Both the position numbers and the translations under genes were made by a program. A stretch of DNA of 64,000 nucleotides from Verrucomicrobiia bacterium (GTDB taxonomy: Bacteria; Verrucomicrobiota; Verrucomicrobiia; Limisphaerales; UBA1319): the NCBI GenBank assembly GCA_963664225.1, contig OY760937.1, positions 5,344,001 through 5,408,000 of the forward strand. The letters run 5' to 3'. The notes beneath the pieces are model-generated. The model ran no database searches, was not told where the DNA came from, and worked only from the letters and a program-made list of their open reading frames with translations. Positions 27,481 to 37,070 of this stretch are shown piece after piece; within the stretch, counting starts at the first letter, position 1; every line of letters starts with the position of its first letter.

Positions 27481-29277
27481 ATGAAAATGCTCCACCTTAT
27501 TGTGGCCCTGTTGGTTAGCGTCATGCCAACCACTCTGGCCCATGCCCAAACGAGCGCGGTGAAACTCTGGCCGCAGATTACCCCGGGCATCTACAATCAT
27601 GCCAATGTTCTGGCCATGAAGTGCGTGTTGACCGAGGATGGTCTCACGGTGTCAGATGCTGCGTGGGACACCTATCAGGTCGATGGCTGCGGGAAACGAT
27701 GGACACTGAACATGGGCGCGCCCATGGACGTGCCGTTGAAGAATTACAAATTCAGCGCGGCGTTCTCCGGGCTGCCCGTGAACATTACCGTCGAGTTTTA
27801 CAATCCGGCAAAGCCATGGGAAGTGAAGGAGAATTACCAGGAAATCCTTCTTTTGGGAGGCAAACAGGGGATTGGATTGCCAGAATGGTTTCATGTGCCC
27901 ACCCAACGCCTCGGGTACGACTTTGACGAAGGTGATTGGTTTCCGAGTGGCTGGACACTGCCGCATGGCAAGTTTGCCCTGTGGCAGGGCGCGGCGAAGG
28001 CGCGTCAACAGGATCGCAAAGGCCAGTGCCCGATGTATGATTTTGGGTTTACCCATGTCGCGCCATGCGCCATGACGCACAACGGCGCGAGGGGCAGTCG
28101 CGAGAAGCGGGCGCTTTTGTTCGGCGACAATGAGTGGATACCGCACGATGGGGCCAAGGACGCGTTCACAGCGGATCCGACCAATCCAAAGAACTGGAAG
28201 ATCGAGCCGTTTCACGCGCGCGCGGACGAATGTTCCATCATCATCCCTGATTTCGAGGCACCTGGCAGTCATGCGTGGAAGGACTCCCAATACGAAGCTT
28301 TCGCAAAGCTCATTGGCGATGTGCGCACGCGCCGGCCTGACTTGCTGATCGGCTGCTGGGGCATAGGCGTGCTGAAATCATCATTCCGCATCTTCGATGG
28401 TCGCTGGGAGGGGAAGCCGACCGGCTCAGTGAATCTCGCGGGTGCCAAGCAATGGCGCGACTTTTATGATAACCCGGGGGCCGACATGAACGAGGTTTTC
28501 AAACGGTGCAACCTTAACATGGGAAATCCCTCAGTCTATTGGATCAATAATTCCAAGCCCTCGCAGCTTTACGCATTCATGCAGGAATGGGAGCAAGGCA
28601 AGCTGGCCCGTCCGCAGATCACCAACATTCTGTCCACCTGGATCCAGGTCGAATTTGTGGACAACTATCCGCTCTCGCAATACCGGTTCACCGATGCCAA
28701 GGGCAAGACACGCCTCGAAGATCTCAAGCACCAGGTGCCTGCGTCTTCCACCTACGCGCTATCGCTTTTTGGCCACTGTGTGATGGACGGGCTCCAGTGC
28801 TGGGAGATCGGGACCCGTTATTCGGAGGATCTCAAGGATTACACTGACTGGCGGACTCGTGAGCCGATCGCCAAGCAGCAGATCAATGGTGTTGAAACCG
28901 ATCTCAACTATTACACGAAGTATTTCGGGTTTTACAATTTTCACGTTCTTGGCATGTGGCAGGCCAGCCAGAACAAGGACATCATCGAAGCTTCGACGGT
29001 CTGGGAGATGCCGGAAATTCGCACCTCGAAAAACAATGTCTGGCGCGTTGGGGACGAACGCTATCCGAGCTTTGTGAGTTTTAACAAGGAGCCGCTCGTC
29101 CGCACCAAGCTTTCCGCCGATGGCAGGACGCTCCTCGTGTTGGCTTGCAATCCCCATAATAAAGTGGTGGAGGAAGTTCGTGTCAGACGCCCCGGAAATG
29201 CGGAAGAATACAGTTTCGAACTGGTGGGTGACTTTCCGATCATCAAACGCTTTCCTGTGGCCAGCTCAGTCAAGTAG
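27481..29277 (+). CDS. Secreted hypothetical protein (possible TIM-barrel glycoside hydrolase)
   Basis: 598-aa ORF with signal peptide, aromatic-rich; IIPDFE motif. Confidence 0.6.
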   Translation: MKMLHLIVALLVSVMPTTLAHAQTSAVKLWPQITPGIYNHANVLAMKCVLTEDGLTVSDAAWDTYQVDGCGKRWTLNMGAPMDVPLKNYKFSAAFSGLPVNITVEFYNPAKPWEVKENYQEILLLGGKQGIGLPEWFHVPTQRLGYDFDEGDWFPSGWTLPHGKFALWQGAAKARQQDRKGQCPMYDFGFTHVAPCAMTHNGARGSREKRALLFGDNEWIPHDGAKDAFTADPTNPKNWKIEPFHARADECSIIIPDFEAPGSHAWKDSQYEAFAKLIGDVRTRRPDLLIGCWGIGVLKSSFRIFDGRWEGKPTGSVNLAGAKQWRDFYDNPGADMNEVFKRCNLNMGNPSVYWINNSKPSQLYAFMQEWEQGKLARPQITNILSTWIQVEFVDNYPLSQYRFTDAKGKTRLEDLKHQVPASSTYALSLFGHCVMDGLQCWEIGTRYSEDLKDYTDWRTREPIAKQQINGVETDLNYYTKYFGFYNFHVLGMWQASQNKDIIEASTVWEMPEIRTSKNNVWRVGDERYPSFVSFNKEPLVRTKLSADGRTLLVLACNPHNKVVEEVRVRRPGNAEEYSFELVGDFPIIKRFPVASSVK

Positions 29278-29351
29278 CCATGGGTGGCCTGGTGGTGGTT
29301 TCGTAATAGGTCCGGTGATGTGTGCCAATCGACAGGCGGTTGCGCGTGACT

Positions 29352-30812
29352 TCAGTCGCAATTGTCGAGAGCTTCCGCGTGGCGAGCCAATGCCTTCGCC
29401 ATCCCGCTGAAGATGACGGCGTGGATGGGATAGAGGAGATACCAGTACAGCAGTCCGGTCAGACCTCGAGGCGCAAAGAACGCCGTTTGCGAGAGTCGCG
29501 AAGTGCCAGCATCCAAAGGCTCGACTTTGAATTCCAGCCATGCCCGCCCTGGCACTTTCATCTCGGCCCGAAGGCGCAGCAGGCGGTCCAGTGTCACTGC
29601 TTCCACGCGCCAGAAGTCCACAGCGTCGCCCACCCGGACCCCATGCGGATCGCGACGGCTGCGGCGTAACCCAACGCCACCCAATAGGCGATCGAAAAGT
29701 CCACGGGCGCGCCATGCCCAATCCATGTAAAGCCAGCCGGTCGCACCGCCCAAGCTCGAGAAGATACGAAACACCCTGGATGCGGGAGCCTTCACGACAC
29801 GTTGGCGACATTCGAGAATGATCCCCTCTTGCGTCGCGAGCACGACAGGCGCCACGTCGCCCTGGCTGCTGGACAGGGCGTCACTCCACGCAGTCTCGAC
29901 ATGGCCGGTTTCGAGGTTGGCCAGTGCGAGTTGCACGGCCGTGGCGTAGTCGATCGGTTTGATCTGCGGGAAGATCTGGTGCGCCGAATCATCCCGAACA
30001 ATGACGTCATTTCGCAAACCCTGAATAAGCGGACGCGAAATGGCCGACGGAATTGGGGTGACGAGATGTACCCAATATGAAGAGAGACGTGGCGTCAGAA
30101 CTGGCACCGGCACCAGCCAGCGTTTCAGGCCACGAGACTTCGCATAACCGCGCAACAGGTCGCCGTAGTTTAGCACGTCAGCTCCTCCGATTTCAATGAT
30201 GCGTCCGGTACTCTCTGGAGAGTTGAGAGCAGCGACCAGGTAGTCGAGGACATTGCGGATGGCGATGGGTTGAGTGCGCGTGTAGAGCCAGCGCGGGCAT
30301 ACCATCACCGGAAGGCGCTCGGTCAGGTAGCGGATGATTTCAAAGGAGAGACTTCCTGAACCTACGATGACCGAGGCGCGGAATTCGGTGACGTTCACAC
30401 CGGTTTCCCGGAGCACAGCGCCAGTTTTCTGACGCGAACGCAAGTGTTCAGACAGCGCGGAGTCAGGATCGCCCAAACCGCCGAGATAAATGATGCGTTG
30501 AACGCCGGCCGCTTTTGCTGCCAAGGCAAAATTCCTCGCGGCCTGGACATCGCGCTGCTCAAAGTCGTGTCCACCCGCCATGCTATGGACCATGTAGTAA
30601 GCTACCTGCACGCCCTGCAGGGCTGCTGGCAGCGTCCCTGCGCGCAGACAATCTCCGGACACGACCTCAATTTGGTCCAGCCAGGTACGTCCTTGAAGCC
30701 GCGATGGATCACGCACCAGGCAACGCACTCGGAATTCGGACTCGAGCAGACGCGGCACGAGTCTTCCACCGATATAACCGGTGGCGCCAGTGACGAGGAT
30801 TGGACCAGTCAT
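29352..30812 (-). CDS. YbjT-like atypical SDR oxidoreductase with C-terminal DUF2867-like domain
   Basis: ILVTGATGYIGG, YYMVHSM, IIYLGGLG, SEHLRSR, VDFWRVE, RAEMKVPGRAWL. Confidence 0.88.
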   Translation of the reverse strand: MTGPILVTGATGYIGGRLVPRLLESEFRVRCLVRDPSRLQGRTWLDQIEVVSGDCLRAGTLPAALQGVQVAYYMVHSMAGGHDFEQRDVQAARNFALAAKAAGVQRIIYLGGLGDPDSALSEHLRSRQKTGAVLRETGVNVTEFRASVIVGSGSLSFEIIRYLTERLPVMVCPRWLYTRTQPIAIRNVLDYLVAALNSPESTGRIIEIGGADVLNYGDLLRGYAKSRGLKRWLVPVPVLTPRLSSYWVHLVTPIPSAISRPLIQGLRNDVIVRDDSAHQIFPQIKPIDYATAVQLALANLETGHVETAWSDALSSSQGDVAPVVLATQEGIILECRQRVVKAPASRVFRIFSSLGGATGWLYMDWAWRARGLFDRLLGGVGLRRSRRDPHGVRVGDAVDFWRVEAVTLDRLLRLRAEMKVPGRAWLEFKVEPLDAGTSRLSQTAFFAPRGLTGLLYWYLLYPIHAVIFSGMAKALARHAEALDNCD

Positions 30813-30977
30813 TACCATGCTTGTTTGTTGAAACTGAAGGAAGCCATTGCAGTGGCTCCGAAGGTCCAATGTAGATTGTTTAACGCGCCCGCGCCATCGA
30901 GTATTTCAGGAATGCAGAACCACACGCACGGGTTTTCAATTTTTAAACGGGGCGCTTGTGTGGTATTTTACGAGTCA

Positions 30978-31478
30978 ATGGCCACGCAAATGGTTCCAAC
31001 GGTTCAAGGCAGTGCGATGAGGTCGGGTTTGGCGCTCGTCGCGTTGCTGGCACTGTCCTTTGGCGCAGCTTCGATGGGGGGCTTCTTCCTGCCGGGCGAA
31101 TGGTATGCGGATTTGCATAAGCCCGCGTGGAATCCCCCGAACTGGATATTCGCTCCTGTCTGGAGCGCACTTTACATCATGATGGCCATCTCTGCCTGGC
31201 TGATTTGGAAGCGAGGGGGTTTCTCTTGCCAACGGGTTGCTCTGTCACTCTTTTTGCTGCAACTCGTCTTCAACGCGCTCTGGTCGCCGCTGTTTTTCGG
31301 ACTGAGAAATCCAGTTCTGGGCCTTGTGGATATTGCGCTGCTATGGCTGGCGTTGCTGTTCACAACATTTGCGTTTTGGAAAGTCCACGCTCTCGCCGGG
31401 GCGTTGTTGGCGCCGTATGTGGCATGGGTCAGTTTTGCAGGCGTACTCAATTTTACCCTCTGGCGCCTCAATCCATAA
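30978..31478 (+). CDS. tspO: TspO/MBR tryptophan-rich sensory protein
   Basis: WYADLHKPAWNPPNWIFAPVWSALY...NALWSPLFFG...LAPYVAWVSFA. Confidence 0.92.
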   Translation: MATQMVPTVQGSAMRSGLALVALLALSFGAASMGGFFLPGEWYADLHKPAWNPPNWIFAPVWSALYIMMAISAWLIWKRGGFSCQRVALSLFLLQLVFNALWSPLFFGLRNPVLGLVDIALLWLALLFTTFAFWKVHALAGALLAPYVAWVSFAGVLNFTLWRLNP

Positions 31479-31708
31479 AAAGTTCTGGCAGGCAGAAGAG
31501 GGCTTTGCCGCTTGATGCGGTGTGGATCAAAGCGGACGAACCCATGCGCCAGTGAGATACGCACGGCTTTTGGAATTGAAATGGATTGATTGGTCGTCAA
31601 ACTTTTCGGCGTTTAGGGATTCTTGATTTTGGAAATGGTGGAGGAATTGAGGCTAAGGTTTTGTCTTTTCAAAATCGATCATTACTGGAAACATTATTCC
31701 CGAAGCCC

Positions 31709-33145
31709 ATGATCAATTCCAAGTTTACAGTTCTCGGTTCGCAAACCACTCGCGGGTGTTGGCGACTACTTGTGTTCGGCCTTGCTGTTCTCATTGCCGC
31801 CGCGGCGCTTACGGCTGCGGAATTAAAACCGGGCATATTCGATGTTCGCGCGCACGGCGCGATGGGAGACGGCGTTACGCTGGACACGCCTGCCATTGAA
31901 GCAGCACTGGACGCGGCTGCGAAGGCGGGAGGGGGACAGGTGCTTTTCCCGCCGGGACGCTACATTTCTGGCACCATTCATCTGCGCAGTGGCGTGACGC
32001 TGCAACTGGACGCTGGGGCCCGGCTCATCGGCACGACCAATCTGGCGTGTTACTCGCAGCCTAAAACTCCGGAATACATGCCCGAGGCCAAGTGGGGCAA
32101 ATGGCATCGCGGTCTGATTGTCGGGGAAAATGTTGAGGACGTGGCCATCACGGGATTGGGTACGATCGATGGAAACAAGGTGTTCGATCCAACGGGTGAA
32201 GAGAAAATGCGGGGACCGCACACCATCATTTTTGTGAATTGTCGCCGATTCAGTTTGCGCGACGTGACGATTGTCGATGCGGCGAATTACGCGATCTTCT
32301 TTCAGGTGAGCGACGACGTGGAGATTCGCAACGTCAAGATTGTTGGCGGCTGGGACGGGGTGCATTGGCGGGGTGCGTCGGAACGCTGGTGTCAGAACGT
32401 GAGCATTATTGGCTGCCAGTTTTTCACGGGCGACGACGCCATTGCCGGGCGCTATTGGAATAACACCGTCATCAAGGATTGTCTGATCAACTCTTCCTGC
32501 AACGGCATCCGGCTCATTGGCCCCGCCACGCGCCTGACCATTGCGAATAATATGTTTCGCGGTCCCGGTGAGCAGCCCCACCGCACGTCCGGCGCGATGC
32601 GTCGAACCAATATGCTGTCGGGCATCATTCTTCAACCAGGCGCATGGGATGCCACGCGCGGGCCGCTGGATGATGTGTTGCTGGCGAATAATGTGATGCA
32701 ACATGTAGCCTCCCCGATAACGCTATGGACCAAGCCGGGAAATACCGTGGGCCGGGTCACGATCAATGGTTTGCATGCGACGGATGTTTATCGCTCTGCC
32801 ATCTCTGTCGAGAGTTGGTCGGACACGCCGATGACCAATGTGGTGATTCGGGATGTGGAGGTGGAATACGCCGGGGGTGGCAAGGCCTCGCAGGCGACGG
32901 AACCAGTGAAAGGACCGGGAGTGGATGCGCGGCCGTTGCCGGCGTGGGGGCTTTATGCGCGAAATGTCCAAACGCTCACACTGGAAGATGTGCGCTTCAG
33001 TCTGACCTTGGACGATCTGCGGCCGGTCATCAATGCGGATCGTGTGGAGCGACTTACGTTGGATGAATTCAAGTTCACCCAGGTGCCGGGAGTCACAATG
33101 CCATTTGCCACGACAAATGTTGGCAAACTCATTCGGATTCCATGA
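31709..33145 (+). CDS. GH28-like right-handed beta-helix glycoside hydrolase
   Basis: FDVRAHGAMGDGVTLDT, GGGQVLFPPGRYISGTIHLRS, GTIDGN, TGDDAI. Confidence 0.8.
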   Translation: MINSKFTVLGSQTTRGCWRLLVFGLAVLIAAAALTAAELKPGIFDVRAHGAMGDGVTLDTPAIEAALDAAAKAGGGQVLFPPGRYISGTIHLRSGVTLQLDAGARLIGTTNLACYSQPKTPEYMPEAKWGKWHRGLIVGENVEDVAITGLGTIDGNKVFDPTGEEKMRGPHTIIFVNCRRFSLRDVTIVDAANYAIFFQVSDDVEIRNVKIVGGWDGVHWRGASERWCQNVSIIGCQFFTGDDAIAGRYWNNTVIKDCLINSSCNGIRLIGPATRLTIANNMFRGPGEQPHRTSGAMRRTNMLSGIILQPGAWDATRGPLDDVLLANNVMQHVASPITLWTKPGNTVGRVTINGLHATDVYRSAISVESWSDTPMTNVVIRDVEVEYAGGGKASQATEPVKGPGVDARPLPAWGLYARNVQTLTLEDVRFSLTLDDLRPVINADRVERLTLDEFKFTQVPGVTMPFATTNVGKLIRIP

Positions 33146-34461
33146 ATTCTAAAGCGCGACTCTCGAGAGCGTGGGTGGCATGGGGGGCATTGTTATTGAC
33201 CGTCACGTTTCTTCACGGGGAGAACTGGCCGCAATGGCGTGGGCCGTTACTCAACGGTTCGACCACGGAAACAAATTTGAAAGCCCGTTTCAGCAAGCAG
33301 GAGGATCTCCGGTGGTCCACTCCCATGCCTGGACGTAGTGGGGCCACGCCGGTGGTGTGGGGCGATGCCATTTTTGTGCCCAGTGCCGACGCACAGAAAA
33401 ACCTGGTCCTGCTGTGTGTGGACCGTGGCACAGGCAAAGTGCGCTGGCAGCGCGTGGTTGGCAAGGGTGACAAGGTCAGCGGCAAAAACAACATGGCTTC
33501 CTGCTCCGCAGTCACCGATGGCCGCCGAGTGTATGCGCTATTCGGGACAAGTGATTTTGCGGCATTTGATTTTGACGGAACACCAATCTGGCAGGTTCAA
33601 TTGAGCGAACAGTTTGGCACGTTTGCAAACATGTTTTTATACGGGGCAAGTCCGCTTTTGTTCGAGGACAGGTTGTACGTGCCGATTCTCCAGCGCAATC
33701 CGCCCACCTACGGCCACGCAATGGACAAAATGCCGGATCGCAAGTCCTGGCTGATTTGCATCGATCCTGCAACCGGCAAGGTTTTGTGGAATCACGAGCG
33801 CAAGACGGACGCGCGCGAGGAAGCGATGGAGGCCTACACGACACCGATGCCATTCGCAGGCAGCAAGGGGATGGAGATTGTCCTGGTGGGCGCGGATTGT
33901 GTGACGGCACACCGTCCGGACGATGGCACAGAAGTATGGCGCTTCGCCGGGCTGAACCGCAGTAAGAATCCGGGTGGACGCATTGTGCCCAGCGCGGTAA
34001 CGGCGCCGGGTTTTATTTTTGCGATCGGGCCCAAGAGGGAACAGCTCGTTGCACTGCGCGGCGGTGGTGCGGGAGTGGTGGGAGAGGAATCTGTGGCGTG
34101 GCGGACGGAAACGAACATTCCGGATGTGCCGACGCCATTGTATTATCAGGGACACTTGTTCGTTCTGGACGGTGATCGCCAGACATTGGCGTGTTTTCAG
34201 CCTGCCACCGGACAGAAGGTCTGGCAGGGGCGTCTGGGGGTGCGGGAGATTTTTTATGCTTCGCCCACGGGTGCAGATGATAAAATATATTGTTTGAGTG
34301 AAGACGGAACGTTGGTTGTGCTTTCCGCAGGCGCGCAACCTGAGGTGCTTTCCACCACGGCCTTCGGCGAAGGCCCCTGCATGTCATCAGTGGTGGTATC
34401 CGATGGATGCCTGTTGATCCGCACGGCGGAGAATCTTCATTGTCTGCGAGCCGGCAAATGA
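33142..34461 (+). CDS. PQQ-binding-like beta-propeller repeat protein
   Basis: NWPQWRGP N-terminus; repeated 'D..TGK..W' blades; C-terminal LLIRT..LHC. Confidence 0.85.
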   Translation: MNSKARLSRAWVAWGALLLTVTFLHGENWPQWRGPLLNGSTTETNLKARFSKQEDLRWSTPMPGRSGATPVVWGDAIFVPSADAQKNLVLLCVDRGTGKVRWQRVVGKGDKVSGKNNMASCSAVTDGRRVYALFGTSDFAAFDFDGTPIWQVQLSEQFGTFANMFLYGASPLLFEDRLYVPILQRNPPTYGHAMDKMPDRKSWLICIDPATGKVLWNHERKTDAREEAMEAYTTPMPFAGSKGMEIVLVGADCVTAHRPDDGTEVWRFAGLNRSKNPGGRIVPSAVTAPGFIFAIGPKREQLVALRGGGAGVVGEESVAWRTETNIPDVPTPLYYQGHLFVLDGDRQTLACFQPATGQKVWQGRLGVREIFYASPTGADDKIYCLSEDGTLVVLSAGAQPEVLSTTAFGEGPCMSSVVVSDGCLLIRTAENLHCLRAGK

Positions 34462-34476
34462 AAGGGATGTGAAATA

Positions 34477-35250
34477 ATGAATGCAATGCTCTGCCTATTT
34501 CTCGCCGCATTGACAACGGTGGCCCAGGCGGCTCCCAAGGAAGCTGTGCCGATGGAAAACTCTCTGGGCATGGAATTCGTCAGAGTGTCGGGAAGCAATG
34601 TGCAGTTCTCGATCTGGGAAACGCGGGTCCGCGATTACCAGATATTCAAGGAGGAAGCCCACCGCGCGTGGAAGTCGCCGGAATTCGAGCAAACTCCAGA
34701 GGATCCGGTTGTAAATGTCACATGGGAAGATGCAGCGGCCTTCTGCCAATGGCTGACCGAACGCGAGCGCAAGTCGGGTCGCCTGACCGCGCAACAGCGT
34801 TATCGCCTGCCAACGGACCAGGAATGGAGCGTGGCTGTAGGGCTTGGCCCGGAGCAGGGGAGAACACCTGAGGATCGGCTCAAGACGAGTGTGATTTGGC
34901 CCTGGGGCGCAGACTGGCCGCCCCGACCTGGTGACGGAAACTACGGACCCGAACTGGAAACGGATCGGTTTGCCAACACCTCGCCAGTGGGGCGATTCAA
35001 GGCCAACCAATACGGGCTTTTCGATTTGGGCGGAAACGTATGGGAATGGTGTGACGACTGGTTCAACGACGCCCGAGTCACGAAGGCGCTGCGCGGAGGA
35101 TCTTTTCATGACAGTCAACCCAAGGACCTGCTCGCCGCATACCGCTTCAGCGCCACGGTGCATTTGAGCAACGAGGACATCGGTTTTCGCGTGGTGATTG
35201 AGGATGCCGCACTGCCGACACCCGCACCGAGTAGCCCGAAAAAGCCTTAA
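34477..35250 (+). CDS. FGE-sulfatase (SUMF1/EgtB/PvdO) fold protein
   Basis: PVVNVTWEDAAAFCQWL, YRLPTDQEW, GLFDLGGNVWEWC, RGGSF, GFRV. Confidence 0.88.
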   Translation: MNAMLCLFLAALTTVAQAAPKEAVPMENSLGMEFVRVSGSNVQFSIWETRVRDYQIFKEEAHRAWKSPEFEQTPEDPVVNVTWEDAAAFCQWLTERERKSGRLTAQQRYRLPTDQEWSVAVGLGPEQGRTPEDRLKTSVIWPWGADWPPRPGDGNYGPELETDRFANTSPVGRFKANQYGLFDLGGNVWEWCDDWFNDARVTKALRGGSFHDSQPKDLLAAYRFSATVHLSNEDIGFRVVIEDAALPTPAPSSPKKP

Positions 35251-35262
35251 AACCAAATTATT

Positions 35263-36498
35263 ATGATCCTGCCAAACCTGAAATCAGGTCTAACCCTGTT
35301 CATCGTCGCCGCGTCATTGCTTTTGAATCTGCCGGACCTTAAAGCTGCAGAAATCAATTTCCAGCATCACTACATCAGTCGTGATCTGCTCATTAGTGAC
35401 CGTGGCGTTGGAGATTACGGTCTGACCGCCCTGGTGGACCTGGACCACGACGGTCGCCTGGATTTCGTGACTGGCGGTCGGCAGTCGGGACCCGAAATCT
35501 TGTATTGGTTTGAGTATCAGACACCGGATAAGTGGGTGCGACATCTCGCAGGCACGAACTATCAATCCGACGTTGGCCTGGCGGCCCTGGATGTGGATGG
35601 CGACGGTTGGACCGACCTGGTATGCAGCGGGGTGTGGTATCGAAATACGGGGAAACCCCGTGAGGAGCTTTTTGAGCGCCGTGTGTTTGCCGAGAATGCG
35701 GCTGGTGCTCACGATATCGTGACGGCGGATATTGACGGTGATGGGCATGCCGACATCGTGATGATGGGGGACGCGAGAACGAAGTTAAACGGGTTGTATT
35801 GGTTCAAGATTCCGACCAATCCGAATCAGCCGTGGGAACGGCATAAAATTGGGCTTGGAATCCACGGCGCCATTTCTCCTGCAGGCGTGGCGGACATCGA
35901 CGGAGACGGCGACCTGGATGTCGTGCGAGCCGATACCTGGTATGAGAACAAGGATGGCAAGGGGCGCGAATGGGTGGCGCATCAGAATATTCCGTTTGGC
36001 CGTGTTGGGCCTTTTGGAATATGCGTGCGCACCGCCATCGTGGATATCGATGGTGATGGCCAGAAGGAAATTGTGATGGCCGATGCGGATATTGTGGATT
36101 CGCGGGTGGTCATTCTGCGGAACGCCGATGGCAGGGGCGGTTCATGGACCAAGCAGGAGCTGCCGCACAGCTTCACCTATGGCTCGCTTCACTCTCTGGC
36201 TGTGGCTGATTTAAACGGCGACAGGCAGCCGGACATTTTGGTCAACGAACAGGAGGAATTGCTGCCGGAAGGGCGGAGTAATCCGCGCTGGATTGTCTGG
36301 GAAAATCTGGGAAAGGGCAAATTTGCGGAACGAATCCTCTTGGACACAAAACTCGGAGGACATGAATTGCAGGTGGGCGACGTGGATGCTGATGGGGACA
36401 TCGATATATGCTCCAAACCATGGGGTGTTCGACCTGATAATGGCGCAGAAGGCAGGATGCACGTGGACTTTTTGGAAAACCGTTTTAAAAATCGTTGA
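35263..36498 (+). CDS. FG-GAP/VCBS repeat beta-propeller protein, secreted
   Basis: Seven DxDxDGxxD Ca-binding repeats; signal peptide. Confidence 0.88.
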   Translation: MILPNLKSGLTLFIVAASLLLNLPDLKAAEINFQHHYISRDLLISDRGVGDYGLTALVDLDHDGRLDFVTGGRQSGPEILYWFEYQTPDKWVRHLAGTNYQSDVGLAALDVDGDGWTDLVCSGVWYRNTGKPREELFERRVFAENAAGAHDIVTADIDGDGHADIVMMGDARTKLNGLYWFKIPTNPNQPWERHKIGLGIHGAISPAGVADIDGDGDLDVVRADTWYENKDGKGREWVAHQNIPFGRVGPFGICVRTAIVDIDGDGQKEIVMADADIVDSRVVILRNADGRGGSWTKQELPHSFTYGSLHSLAVADLNGDRQPDILVNEQEELLPEGRSNPRWIVWENLGKGKFAERILLDTKLGGHELQVGDVDADGDIDICSKPWGVRPDNGAEGRMHVDFLENRFKNR

Positions 36499-36714
36499 GC
36501 CGGGAGGCGGCATGATTCATTCGTAAAAACACGGTATGTTCAAGAATATAACATATTAATAATAAGACTTTTATAGCGAAATATTGACTTCAATCTTTTA
36601 AGATCTGCAGGAATGATTAAACGGTTATGTGTGCCGCAGGATACGGATCGCTCAACGTCCGAATGCGGCAATTATTGCCTTATTTTCGAGTTTAAAATGG
36701 ATGCGATAAAAAGG

Positions 36715-36742
36715 TTGAAACTGTCACGGGCTTTTATAGGAT
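36715..36742 (+). promoter_or_regulatory. Candidate sigma70 promoter of tRNA-Pro
   Basis: TTGAAA-N16-TAGGAT ~30 bp upstream of the tRNA. Confidence 0.35.
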
Positions 36743-36773
36743 GGTGGGGTGCTGCACAACAGCACCTATTGGT

Positions 36774-36850
36774 CGGGGCGTAGCGTAGCTTGGTAGCGCG
36801 TCTGAATGGGGTTCAGAAGGTCGTGAGTTCAAATCTCACCGCCCCGACCA
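36774..36850 (+). tRNA. tRNA-Pro (anticodon GGG)
   Basis: 77 nt cloverleaf: acceptor CGGGGCG/CGCCCCG, anticodon arm TCTGA-ATGGGGT-TCAGA, T-loop GTTCAAATC, encoded CCA. Confidence 0.97.
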
Positions 36851-37070
36851 CTTAATTCCTTTCAAATTCTCGGTTATTTTCAATCAACCAATGACTCAGT
36901 TGCGTTTTCAACGGTGGCTGGTCGTCCACTCTCGCCCGTTGTTCGAAACGCTCGAAGGCTGGCTTGGCAAGTCGAATAGGGTAGGGGGTCGCCTCTTCGT
37001 CAACGGAGCAAATCTAAAAGCGGATGAAAAAAAGCACCACTTTGGCATTTATGGATCTGGAAATATTCGA

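Noticed and set aside
30444..30977. Long N-terminal extension of TspO in the ORF track
   Set aside because: Overlaps the divergent SDR gene in antisense; TspO homology starts near 30978-31017
34477..35250. FGE/CLec-fold protein as a diversity-generating retroelement target of the RT
   Set aside because: No template repeat of its 3' end seen in the window; the RT is embedded in a complete group II ribozyme
36520..36720. AT-rich stretch as replication origin or ncRNA
   Set aside because: No DnaA boxes, iterons or convincing structure; consistent with an ordinary promoter-upstream region
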